From: a virus
Taxonomy: Duplodnaviria; Caudoviricetes
IMG/VR virus record: IMGVR_UViG_3300027892_000066
Location: 1 to 40,499 of that record
Reading direction: 5' to 3' (one strand)
Length of the DNA: 40,499 nucleotides
The position numbers and the translations under genes were made by a program. The notes beneath the pieces were generated by a model that searched no databases, was not told the DNA's origin, and saw only the letters and a list, made by a program, of their open reading frames with translations. Each line of letters begins with the position of its first letter. The first letter of the stretch is position 1. Below are positions 1-9,279 of this stretch, piece by piece.

Positions 1-1
1 C

Positions 2-3000
2 AAAGAATTTATCAAAGAAGAAATTACTGCGTATTTGACAGTGAATTTCCCCGCAGTGAAATATTCTAGAACCAAATGCAAACGTGATGTGGCATTTATC
101 GTTGATGCCATGGGATACGACTTGACCTATGGCGGAACCTGGGCCACACTTATAGCTGGAACAGCCTACTTCGACGGCGATAACAGTACAACATTACAGA
201 TTGACAGCACAGAAATCGCTGCCACGGTGGACGCATACGCTAGGCTGAAAATCATTGTGCAACAGATTATTGCCAACACTACAGTAACAAAATCCGCAGG
301 CAATACTGCCACTCAATGGACCGATGTTACTAACTTAGGAGGCGGTTCGGCAGCTAATGCCACAGTGGGTGCATTGGTAGACATCATTACCAATATCATA
401 CAAGGTGATTCCACTGAGGCCACAACACCACAGATCACAGTTACTACTATTACAGGTACAAACACACTTACCTCTACTGCACACGGATTGGCAGTGGGCG
501 ATGCAGTGATTCCAAGAGAGACTGGCAACGGATTAACCAACGGGGTCAAATATTGGGTGGTAACAGTCGCTACTGCTGATACATTCCAGCTGGCGGCTAC
601 ATACGGCGGCACTGTGTTAGCTTCATTTACCAACAGCGGCAGTCTCAGCATACCCATGGAGTTCATAGATTATCCAACTGCCACCAATGCTGTTACATCA
701 ACCACTGCATTGATTGCTGCGGCTGTGACCCTAGATGCTGCACAAGAAACCATTGTTCAAAATGTTGTTGATGATCTAAATGCAGTAGCATGGCACACTG
801 ACTTTGTGGTAGATGAAACTTCATTGACCTCAACAGCTTTTAGAATCTATGTTGGAAAAACTAATCTAGTACATACCTATGTCAGCGGCGGAACAGTAAC
901 CAAAGCCAGCGGATCAACACTGTCAATTAGTAACTTTGTTTATAATGAATCAACTGGTTATGCAATAGTAACCACTGCAACACACGATTTAGCAGCAGGT
1001 GATATTGTTAATATAACAAGCATTACTGTATCTTGCTTGTCATCAGGCGGCACAGCCTTTAATGCAATATTCCCAAGTGCCTACAAAACTGACGGTGTTA
1101 CTCCTAAGATTCAATATCTCCAAACCAAGTGTATTAGAGATACTCGATTGATATTAGAAGCTGTGATGTTTGACTTTATGTTTAACAGCAACTTCAAAAC
1201 TAGAGAAGCAGCATACTCATATCTAAGAGCTTCGGCCGCAGAGGTATTTGTTGGTAACCAAAAAACTATTACTAGAGATGCATTAACTAATGCCAAGACA
1301 GAAGCCATAGCCAATGTAGGCGGCAATGCTACAGCACAGGCTCGCATTGAAACACTAATGACCTTGGTAGATGATATCCTCTACGGCGCTACCAATGAAG
1401 GCAGTCGTTGCGCTAGCGGTAATAGAATGGTTGATTATGCGGTGCTGCAATTAGAGCGCAACAGAGATTACATAGTGTCAGAAATTGATGCCTACATCGA
1501 TTCAACATATACTACCACAGTTACCGCTGCCACAGCAGCCACCGACTTATTCACCTGCACATCTACTTCTTGGATGACAAGAAACGCAGCTATAAGATTT
1601 ACAGGCACTGTGTTTGGCGGAGTGACTACCACGACCACATACTATGTACAGAATGTGGTCAGTGCAACTACTTTCAAGATTGCTACAACAAGAGATTCAA
1701 ACACCGCGTTTGATATTGCCAGTAACGGCAGTGGTTCAATGACAGTGGCGTTGTATTACAGCAGCTCAGCCTGTCTCAGAGATGTCAACACCTACATAGA
1801 TGCACTCAAGTACGATTTAAAATATCCAGGCAACTACAAATCTAGATATGCAGCTAGATATTATGGCAACAGTGTAGTAGGCAGTCTGGAAGAAGACATG
1901 TATTATCTACGTGATGGTACTGGGGTTAGAGATCAGACTCTACAAGGACTTACTGGTGATCTACTTGCACCTAATGAAGCTGGAACTTCAAGAGTCTCTG
2001 CAGGTGCGTATGCATCCTTGGATCCAGGTTGGGGGCCAGAAGATTATCGTACTTGGATTAACACCCGTTCACCCTATGTACAAGGTGTAACTACCTTAGG
2101 TACAGCCTGTGTTGGCCAAAAGATCGACGGCGCACTGCACAACGGAGGCAACGATTCTATAGTTAGCAATGACTTTACGCAGGTTCTAAGTGGTGGAATT
2201 GGTGCTTGGATCACCAACAACGGTCGTGCTGAATTGGTATCTGTGTTCTCATACTACGCACACATAGGTTATCTAGCAGAAAATGGTGGTAGAATCCGTG
2301 GCACAAACGGCAACTGTTCATATGGAGATTTTGGGGCTGTAGCAGAAGGAGTTGATCCTACAGAAACTCCAGACACCGGAATAGTTGATAATCGTCTTAA
2401 ATTTAAGGCTGTGATCGATAACATCGTTACTAACGGATCTACACTGACTCAGTTTGAATTTTCAAATGCTGGTATTGACTACACTGAAGTTACTTATGTG
2501 ATAACAGGTGGAGGTACAGGAGGTTCTGTACAAGCGGATGAATTCCGTGATGATGCTATGTTTGAAGCTCGGTTGTTGGATCTTGTTGATGATAGTACGG
2601 CTGCTCCAGAAGCTGTGGGCAATTTTGGTGGATTCGGTTATATCACTAATTCCAATACTGCACAAAGCGGGACATCAACTTCAGTGACCATTGCGGCCAC
2701 AGACGGGGAAACCAGCACTGCTTACATTGGTATGAAGATCGTATTAACAGGCGGCGCAGGTGTTGGACAGTTTGGTATTGTTAACACATACAATTCAGGC
2801 ACTAAAACAGCAGGATTAGTTAAAGAATCCGACGGTACAGCAGGGTTCGATCATCTAATCGCTGGTACAGCGATAGTATCACCAGATGCTTCTACAACCT
2901 ACATCATTGAACCTAGAGTAACATTTGATGCTCCTGGATACACCAGCACAGCTGCCACACTACCAACTTCAGGCACGTGGAGAGCAGTGAAATACGGTGA

Positions 3001-5158
3001 AACTGCTGCGGTGTACACCACACTCACAGGCACTTATGCGGGCGCAGGAGTTGGTGCATCGTTCACAGTGATACGCAACGGATGGAAATACACACCTTCT
3101 GTGCAGGCTGCTGGAACAGGTTATACGAGATTACAGACCATAACCATACTAGGTACCAGCCTAGGCGGAGTCACAACTGCTAATGATCTAGTGATCACTA
3201 TCACAGCAGTTAATGCTACAACCGGGGCTATCATAGACTTTGATCATGTGGGTTACGGTATAGGTGGTAGATATGTGGCCTCAAGAGCAGGCAGCACAGT
3301 GGGTGCAACTTCAGAAGACGGCATCGCATGGACCACAAGACTTAGCTTGATGCCTAGTTCAGCTGAATGGTCAGCAATGGCCGCCGGACTGTTTGACGAC
3401 GGATCCACAGTGGGCAAGGTCAGCAAATTTGTAGCAGTTGCAGGCACCAGTGCTAACACCTTAGGCGCATACAGTGAAGACGGTATCACTTGGTCAGCAA
3501 CTAGTATGCAGACTTCTGCTATATGGGTTGATGTGGTGTTTGGAGGATTTAACGCACAGAAATTTGTAGCTATAGCCAGTGATGTTACCACCGTGCAAAT
3601 CAGCAACGACGGCGAAAACTGGGACCAAACTGGAACTTTGACCACTACTGGCTTCACAGCTATTGCCTACGGTAAAAATCGATTCGTGGCTGTTAAGAGT
3701 GGTACCTCGGTGACTAATTATGCCACCACAACAGGTGTTACAGGAACATGGACTGCCGGCGCATTGCCAAGTTCTTCAAACTGGAACAGTATAGCCTATG
3801 GTAATAACAGATTTGTTGCTGTATCAAATACCAGCGGTACTATAGCTGCCTACAGTCTAGACGGAATTACCTGGACTGCCAGCACACTACCGGCCACAGC
3901 ATCATGGACTAAGATCACATACGGTCAAGGAGTATTCCTTGCTGTAAGCACAACCACAGCAGCAGCAACATCACCAGATGGAGTTACATGGACTACCAGA
4001 GCCACTAGTACAGCAGCATCTGGTTTCTCTGCAATCACATTTGGTAACAGAAACAGATACGGCTTGTTCGTAGGAGTTGGTGGCGGCACAGGTGATGTAT
4101 CCACATATATCAGAACTGGAGCCACTGCCAGAGCTCGTGCTCTAGTGGCATCAGACAAGATATTCCAGATCAATATCACAGAGCCCGGATCTGGATATAC
4201 CACCGAACCGTCTATAACATTTACAGATCCTAACAACACCTTCGAAGCACCAGTGGCTGTAAGGCTAGGATCAGGAGTGCTAGCAAATCCAAGTTTTGTA
4301 GATAGAGGTGCTACATATGTTACTAGCGGTGCAGAAGTTACTGCAGGAGATGGATATTCGGATTTATTTCAATCTGGCGGTTTTGTAGCAGTAAGACAGC
4401 TTACAGCAAGACCCACTCCGGGCGCCAATGTTGTGTTTGGTCATCTGCCAGACAGAACATTCAAATTGGTAAATGTAATTACATTTTTAGGAACAAATCC
4501 AGGGTCTCATACAGCGTTTCTGCAAGTCAGTCCAGTGCTCACAATATCAGAGGCACCGTCAGATGCAGTCACAGTATCCACTAGACTGCGTTACAGTCAG
4601 GTCAGACTCACAGGACACGATTTCTTAGATATCGGCACTGGAAATTTTATTACAACTAATTACCCAGGAACTCCGACCCAAGACAAGATACCAGCTAATG
4701 AAGCGGTTGACGTTGATGGAGGAAGGGTATTCTTTACGTCAACTGACCAAGACGGCAATTTCCGAGTAGGCGACCTGTTCAATATTGAGCAGAGCACAGG
4801 TATTGCAACATTGAATGCAGATGCATTTAATATTTCCGGACTTCAGGAACTTAATCTAGGAAATGTTACATTAGGCGGATCTTCAGCTACAATTAACGAA
4901 TTCTCTACCGATCCGTTTTTTACTGCTGATTCAGACAATGTAGTACCCACACAAAAAGCGATAAAAGCATTTATTGCCAGTCAAATTGGTGGTGGTGGCG
5001 CAAGTCTAAACGTAAACCAAGTTACTGCTGGTTCTATTGTGATCAATAGCAATCAGATTACAACAACTACGGGTGCTGCTATCCTAATGTTAGCAACTTT
5101 TGAGTTTAGAGGAGGCGTAACTGGCCTTCCTTTGGCATTCAATTACTTTTTGAACTAA
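2..5158 (+). CDS. Very large multidomain virion structural protein (baseplate/tail-fibre class), 5'-truncated by the window edge
   Basis: The frame is open from base 2 (KEFIKEEITAYLTVNFP...), so the TTG at 35 is not the real start. It is Thr/Gly/Ala-rich. It contains helical CxRD repeats, a beta-helix-like block (SPYVQGVTT...NDFTQV..GGIG...AELVSVFSYY), beta-propeller/BNR-like repeats (AYSEDGITW, IAYGNNRFVAV, AYSLDGITW) and a C-terminal GHDFLDIGTG...GGRVFFTSTDQDGNFRVG...VPTQKAIK block recalled from giant structural proteins of aquatic T4-like phages. Confidence 0.8.
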   Translation, partial: KEFIKEEITAYLTVNFPAVKYSRTKCKRDVAFIVDAMGYDLTYGGTWATLIAGTAYFDGDNSTTLQIDSTEIAATVDAYARLKIIVQQIIANTTVTKSAGNTATQWTDVTNLGGGSAANATVGALVDIITNIIQGDSTEATTPQITVTTITGTNTLTSTAHGLAVGDAVIPRETGNGLTNGVKYWVVTVATADTFQLAATYGGTVLASFTNSGSLSIPMEFIDYPTATNAVTSTTALIAAAVTLDAAQETIVQNVVDDLNAVAWHTDFVVDETSLTSTAFRIYVGKTNLVHTYVSGGTVTKASGSTLSISNFVYNESTGYAIVTTATHDLAAGDIVNITSITVSCLSSGGTAFNAIFPSAYKTDGVTPKIQYLQTKCIRDTRLILEAVMFDFMFNSNFKTREAAYSYLRASAAEVFVGNQKTITRDALTNAKTEAIANVGGNATAQARIETLMTLVDDILYGATNEGSRCASGNRMVDYAVLQLERNRDYIVSEIDAYIDSTYTTTVTAATAATDLFTCTSTSWMTRNAAIRFTGTVFGGVTTTTTYYVQNVVSATTFKIATTRDSNTAFDIASNGSGSMTVALYYSSSACLRDVNTYIDALKYDLKYPGNYKSRYAARYYGNSVVGSLEEDMYYLRDGTGVRDQTLQGLTGDLLAPNEAGTSRVSAGAYASLDPGWGPEDYRTWINTRSPYVQGVTTLGTACVGQKIDGALHNGGNDSIVSNDFTQVLSGGIGAWITNNGRAELVSVFSYYAHIGYLAENGGRIRGTNGNCSYGDFGAVAEGVDPTETPDTGIVDNRLKFKAVIDNIVTNGSTLTQFEFSNAGIDYTEVTYVITGGGTGGSVQADEFRDDAMFEARLLDLVDDSTAAPEAVGNFGGFGYITNSNTAQSGTSTSVTIAATDGETSTAYIGMKIVLTGGAGVGQFGIVNTYNSGTKTAGLVKESDGTAGFDHLIAGTAIVSPDASTTYIIEPRVTFDAPGYTSTAATLPTSGTWRAVKYGETAAVYTTLTGTYAGAGVGASFTVIRNGWKYTPSVQAAGTGYTRLQTITILGTSLGGVTTANDLVITITAVNATTGAIIDFDHVGYGIGGRYVASRAGSTVGATSEDGIAWTTRLSLMPSSAEWSAMAAGLFDDGSTVGKVSKFVAVAGTSANTLGAYSEDGITWSATSMQTSAIWVDVVFGGFNAQKFVAIASDVTTVQISNDGENWDQTGTLTTTGFTAIAYGKNRFVAVKSGTSVTNYATTTGVTGTWTAGALPSSSNWNSIAYGNNRFVAVSNTSGTIAAYSLDGITWTASTLPATASWTKITYGQGVFLAVSTTTAAATSPDGVTWTTRATSTAASGFSAITFGNRNRYGLFVGVGGGTGDVSTYIRTGATARARALVASDKIFQINITEPGSGYTTEPSITFTDPNNTFEAPVAVRLGSGVLANPSFVDRGATYVTSGAEVTAGDGYSDLFQSGGFVAVRQLTARPTPGANVVFGHLPDRTFKLVNVITFLGTNPGSHTAFLQVSPVLTISEAPSDAVTVSTRLRYSQVRLTGHDFLDIGTGNFITTNYPGTPTQDKIPANEAVDVDGGRVFFTSTDQDGNFRVGDLFNIEQSTGIATLNADAFNISGLQELNLGNVTLGGSSATINEFSTDPFFTADSDNVVPTQKAIKAFIASQIGGGGASLNVNQVTAGSIVINSNQITTTTGAAILMLATFEFRGGVTGLPLAFNYFLN

Positions 5159-5161
5159 ATA
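5156..5161 (+). promoter_or_regulatory. T4-late-type promoter element TAAATA
   Basis: TAAATA overlaps the upstream stop codon and is followed by a GGAG SD and ATG 5180. Confidence 0.5.
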
Positions 5162-5179
5162 TATCATGGAGAATAAATT

Positions 5180-5503
5180 ATGGCATCAGGAATCTTAGGA
5201 ACACCCTCGGACTTAGCCGCAACTACTAATACTACAATCTATACTGTTCCTGCATCAACATTCGCAGTAGTCACAGTATCTATTGTAAATCGAGGTGCAA
5301 CGGCGGTAACAGTGAGGCTTGCAGTATCGACCTTGGCGGCACCAGCAGCCGCAGAATATTTGGAATACGGAGTTTCTTTAGGAGCAAATTCTGTGCTTGA
5401 AAGAACAGGAATAGTGATGCAAGCGGGAAAATTGTTAGTAGTTTATTCTAGCGCAACATCAGTTAATGCCGTAGCATATGGCATCGAAACATCTACAGCA
5501 TGA
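5180..5503 (+). CDS. Small beta-rich virion protein, probably fibre-associated
   Basis: 107 aa with a GGAG SD. The pattern TTIYTVPA...VTVSIVNRG...VRLA...YLEY...VLERTG...AYGIE resembles small phage tail-associated proteins, and the gene lies between structural genes. Confidence 0.65.
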   Translation: MASGILGTPSDLAATTNTTIYTVPASTFAVVTVSIVNRGATAVTVRLAVSTLAAPAAAEYLEYGVSLGANSVLERTGIVMQAGKLLVVYSSATSVNAVAYGIETSTA

Positions 5504-5515
5504 TAGGATAATAAT

Positions 5516-7105
5516 ATGGGACGCTTTGTACCAATAATAGTAACAGAAAATCCTGTTTTAGAAAAAACCTCTGCTTTTAAGGTCACAGGTGGAAAAGGAT
5601 ATTATGACGGAAAACAGTGTTGGCCATACAAGGTGGTCTACGATCGTCCAGGAACATATACCTTTACAGTTCCGTCAGGCATAGTCTGTGCCCGAACAAT
5701 AGTGGTCGGGGGCGGCGGAAAACCCAAATGTATAAGCATAGGTAGCTGTTGTTCTGCAGCAGGATCAGGAGGAGGTCTAAGTGAAAAATACTTCACTGTG
5801 ACACCCGGCACTACCATAGGGATAACTGTTGGTAGACAAGAAGGAACATCTAGCATAACCTGTAACTCAGTTGCAATTCATTCAGCTTCTGGAGCAACTG
5901 GTTGTATTCGTGGAGCTGGAAGTGGAGGAGATTGGAATAGCACAGGAGGATATGGAGGCTGGGGCTGCAATCAATGCGCCGGCTCAGTTAGTCACTGGTG
6001 TGGCAGCTGCAAGTATCTTTGCACTGTCGCCTGTTGTGGATATTGTATTGTTTATACGTGTTTGAACAGTTCAAACGGTGCCACTGATTGCTGTAATACC
6101 ATAGTTAACGGGGGCGGCAGTGCAGGAAGTCCAGTGAATTTATGTGGTGGTTCAGCCAGCTGTGTCTGCGGATATCTGCATTCTGGAGTGGCTGCCGGCG
6201 GTGCTGGCATCGGCGGACAGATGTCTAGCTATTGGCATTACAATTGTTGTACCTGTAATTGCATATTCAACAACAACGGGCACAGTGATCATGATCATCC
6301 GCGCCTGCCACATCCGGGTTCTGCCCAAGGCGGTGGCGGAACACAGATAAATCCTTCTGCCTGCTGCCGTTCATGGCAAGGTGAGTGCATTCAAGGTATA
6401 TGGCTTGGTGGTGCCGGAGGTCCAGGCGGTACAGATCAAAATGAAAGTGAAGGATGGACCTTTGAATGGGGCTGGAGCGCCTACTGCGCCTGGCCATTCG
6501 GAATTCGTTGTTGCTCACAGTGGAAGGTACGCTGCGGATATTCAGATCCAGTTAGAGAACCATGGTGGGATATACAAGATATCAAAGGGTCTGGATCACC
6601 GGGTCACGTGGCTGAATGGCATCAACGTTTTAGTTGTATGGGTACAACATGGGGTATTCGACCATCGAATGCAGGAGAAGGGTCGGGCACTGGAGGCATC
6701 ATGCACTATTGTTGTGATGCCCAACAGCAAGGATGGGGTATGGGAGCTACCAATGGCAGCGGAGGCCCTCTAATAAATTGGACGAAGATATGTCAACTTG
6801 GCCTTTGCGGACAAACCGATCAGGCCTATAAAATGGTAGACTCTTTGTTTCCTAACTTTATAACATGCGCAGGAATACTAGGCGGATCAGGCGGAGTAGG
6901 AATCTGTGCCATGACTTCAAAAGCAGGCTACGGGGGTGGCGGTGGCGAAGCTAAATGTCAGTTTTTGTGCATCTGTTATGGCGGTACATTTGATACCTGT
7001 AATAGCAACGGGGTCACGCAACTGGCATTTCCGCCATGCATACTGGATAATTTGGTCAGTAATGCTGGTTCAGGCTATGCATTAATTTACTACAGGGACT
7101 ATTAA
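5516..7105 (+). CDS. Gly/Cys-rich adhesin-like virion protein, paralogue 1
   Basis: 529 aa, 44 Cys counted by hand. It has a glycine-rich domain scaffold (TYTFTVPSG..RTIVVGGGG...GGG.SEKYFTV..G..ITVG...AGSGYALIYY) and an AGGA SD. Confidence 0.7.
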   Translation: MGRFVPIIVTENPVLEKTSAFKVTGGKGYYDGKQCWPYKVVYDRPGTYTFTVPSGIVCARTIVVGGGGKPKCISIGSCCSAAGSGGGLSEKYFTVTPGTTIGITVGRQEGTSSITCNSVAIHSASGATGCIRGAGSGGDWNSTGGYGGWGCNQCAGSVSHWCGSCKYLCTVACCGYCIVYTCLNSSNGATDCCNTIVNGGGSAGSPVNLCGGSASCVCGYLHSGVAAGGAGIGGQMSSYWHYNCCTCNCIFNNNGHSDHDHPRLPHPGSAQGGGGTQINPSACCRSWQGECIQGIWLGGAGGPGGTDQNESEGWTFEWGWSAYCAWPFGIRCCSQWKVRCGYSDPVREPWWDIQDIKGSGSPGHVAEWHQRFSCMGTTWGIRPSNAGEGSGTGGIMHYCCDAQQQGWGMGATNGSGGPLINWTKICQLGLCGQTDQAYKMVDSLFPNFITCAGILGGSGGVGICAMTSKAGYGGGGGEAKCQFLCICYGGTFDTCNSNGVTQLAFPPCILDNLVSNAGSGYALIYYRDY

Positions 7106-7107
7106 GC

Positions 7108-8763
7108 ATGGGACGTTATATAAGCACCGGTGCAACACAACCAAGCACTTGCATAGCAAATGTAGCGACTACTTGCTACAATGTAAGCACTCACAAATAC
7201 AGTTATGATGCTAACGAATGTTGGCAGAATAAAATAGTAATTGACACACCTGGCGCATATACTTTTACAGTGCCAACTGGCATTACCTGTATGAGAGCCA
7301 TCGCAGTTGGTGGGGGAGGTAAAGTAAAACCCTGTAATCCTGCCTGTTGCGGCACCGCAGGTGGTGGAGGCGGTTATGCTGAAAAATATTTTACCGTCGC
7401 TGCGGGTTGTTCAATTCAAATAACAGTTGGAAGACAAGAAGGAAACACTTCAGTAACTTATACACCAGGCAGCATTCTTGTAACTGGTGGCGGCGCGGCA
7501 GCCTGTACAGGCGGTAGTGCTAGTGGTGGAGATTGGAACAGTACCGGCGGAGAAGGCGGCTACAATAGAAATTATTGTGGTGGTGGCGCCAGTCATTATT
7601 GTGGAGCCTGTATCTACACCTATGCAATAAATTGTTGCGGATATTGTGTGGTATGGAGTGGGATTAGTGCAAGACAGCTTGATCCATCACATGACTCTGG
7701 AACTTGTTGTGTTGCTAGATATGCTGGCGGCGGCAGCGCAGGATCATGGATTTGGACCAGTGGAGGTGCTGGCCAATGTGCTTTCAACAACATGGACAAT
7801 TACGGACAAGGATATGGACCTACAGCAGGTGGCGGTGGCGGAATTGGATACATAAACCGCTGTGCTATACGAGATCCAATCTGTGCCTGTATATGTGTGA
7901 AAGGTAACTGTAATTATTCTGGGCCTGTGATTCCAAGAACATCTTATCCTGCACACGCCGGCGGCGGCGGTGGCACCAAATGGCAGTGTGTTGAGTACTG
8001 CGTCTGCCAGAACTACGAAGGCTGCTGCGAATCAGGACGTTATCGTTCCGGTCCCGGAGGATGGGGCGGTAAAATGAACAATGAAGGTCGAGAAGATTGG
8101 TGGATATGGGGTTATCAACACCACAGTCCTTGGGGATCAACAATTCATCCTAGATCGTGTATCACTGAACCCGGACTTAGCCCTAAATTCTATCCATGGC
8201 ACGACATACACGATATGGCTGGTAGTGGATCAGCAGGCAGAAATATCAACGTGGGTAATAATACCTGGGGCTATTGCGGTTGGGCCACTGCTAACCCATA
8301 TAATCACAAGCCATCTAGAATCTCAGGTGAAGGTGCAGGCACAGGTGGCGTGGTGTTTGGCTGTTGCGATTTGTGCAGCTATGGCATGCAGTGTTGTGTA
8401 GCAGGGTCTGCAACGAATGCATGTGGTAGCATAAATTGGGAACTGGTATGCTGTCTAGGAACCACCAACAAAGTGTGTTGTTCAGAAAGAATGATGGATG
8501 CATTATTTCCATTCATTATCAGCTGTGCAGGAACACTAGGGGGTGCTGGCGGTGTTGGGGTTTGCCATATAGCGTCAAAAGCTGGTAAAGGTGGCGGATC
8601 AGGAATAAATAGAAGCTATATTTTGTGCATCTGTTATGGCGGAGCATTTGACTGCTGTAACCAAGCAGCAGGCACTCCATTGGCATTTCCACCATGCATA
8701 TTGGATTATCTAGCTAGTCCAGCTGGGACTGGAATGGCAATTTTATACTGGAAAGACGCTTAA
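7108..8763 (+). CDS. Gly/Cys-rich adhesin-like virion protein, paralogue 2
   Basis: 551 aa, 47 Cys counted by hand. It is colinear with paralogue 1 (shared GRQEG, GGDWNSTGG, CCGYC, GEGxGTGG, LCICYGG, LAFPPCILD). Confidence 0.7.
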   Translation: MGRYISTGATQPSTCIANVATTCYNVSTHKYSYDANECWQNKIVIDTPGAYTFTVPTGITCMRAIAVGGGGKVKPCNPACCGTAGGGGGYAEKYFTVAAGCSIQITVGRQEGNTSVTYTPGSILVTGGGAAACTGGSASGGDWNSTGGEGGYNRNYCGGGASHYCGACIYTYAINCCGYCVVWSGISARQLDPSHDSGTCCVARYAGGGSAGSWIWTSGGAGQCAFNNMDNYGQGYGPTAGGGGGIGYINRCAIRDPICACICVKGNCNYSGPVIPRTSYPAHAGGGGGTKWQCVEYCVCQNYEGCCESGRYRSGPGGWGGKMNNEGREDWWIWGYQHHSPWGSTIHPRSCITEPGLSPKFYPWHDIHDMAGSGSAGRNINVGNNTWGYCGWATANPYNHKPSRISGEGAGTGGVVFGCCDLCSYGMQCCVAGSATNACGSINWELVCCLGTTNKVCCSERMMDALFPFIISCAGTLGGAGGVGVCHIASKAGKGGGSGINRSYILCICYGGAFDCCNQAAGTPLAFPPCILDYLASPAGTGMAILYWKDA

Positions 8764-8778
8764 TAAAAGGAAAATATT

Positions 8779-9279
8779 ATGACATGGGCAAGAGTTGTAA
8801 ACAATGAAATAGTTGAAATATGTGAAGATGATCCTGCAACGAGGTTCCATCCAGATCTTTTGGCTGAATGGATGGATATTCCTAACGAAGGAGTGCATAT
8901 AGGATGGAAACTGAAAAACGGCACATGGATTTCTGGAGGACAATGGTCTACAGAGCATGCGGCTGAGAACCCAGTGCCAACAGAAGGACCACCTTCTGTA
9001 AATATAGACGTTGACCACAAGCAAACAAGAACGCACGATCAAATTACTTTGACATCGAGATCATCCGGAACAGTAACAAGTGTTGAATGGACCATTGATG
9101 GTGTTAAACACACCACCGAACAAGTGGTGTTAAATCTTGAGAAAGGCCAAACTGATCTAGAACTTGGTGTGAGTCTAAAAGCGACAGGACCCGGTGGTAG
9201 TACTACTAAAACACTCGAAGGGGATGAAGCAGTAGTTAGAACCGCATTCTTTACACCGCTATTTCAGTCTGGGTCCTAA
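8779..9279 (+). CDS. Putative fibre assembly/accessory protein with a C-terminal PKD/Ig-like domain
   Basis: AAGGA SD. The N-terminus WARVVNNEIVEI...FHPDL..W..IP...IGW resembles tail-fibre chaperone-like proteins. The C-terminus SSGTVTSVEWT...VSLKATGPGGSTTKT is PKD-like. Confidence 0.55.
   Translation: MTWARVVNNEIVEICEDDPATRFHPDLLAEWMDIPNEGVHIGWKLKNGTWISGGQWSTEHAAENPVPTEGPPSVNIDVDHKQTRTHDQITLTSRSSGTVTSVEWTIDGVKHTTEQVVLNLEKGQTDLELGVSLKATGPGGSTTKTLEGDEAVVRTAFFTPLFQSGS

Noticed and set aside
313-4239. Antisense ORFs inside the giant structural gene, and similar ones at 22971, 25610, 26087, 26408, 32613 and 33822
   Set aside because: They are shadows of Thr/Ala/Gly codon bias on the coding strand, with no promoter, SD or motif.
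5516-8763. Diversity-generating retroelement template/variable repeat pair
   Set aside because: There is no reverse transcriptase in the window, the identical stretches are only about 20-26 bp, and both copies are coding paralogues.
5638-9042. Short alternative-frame ORFs in the Cys-rich genes as RiPP precursor peptides
   Set aside because: They overlap well-supported genes and have no SD or leader/core structure. No standalone precursor was found, so a classical RiPP cluster is not supported.
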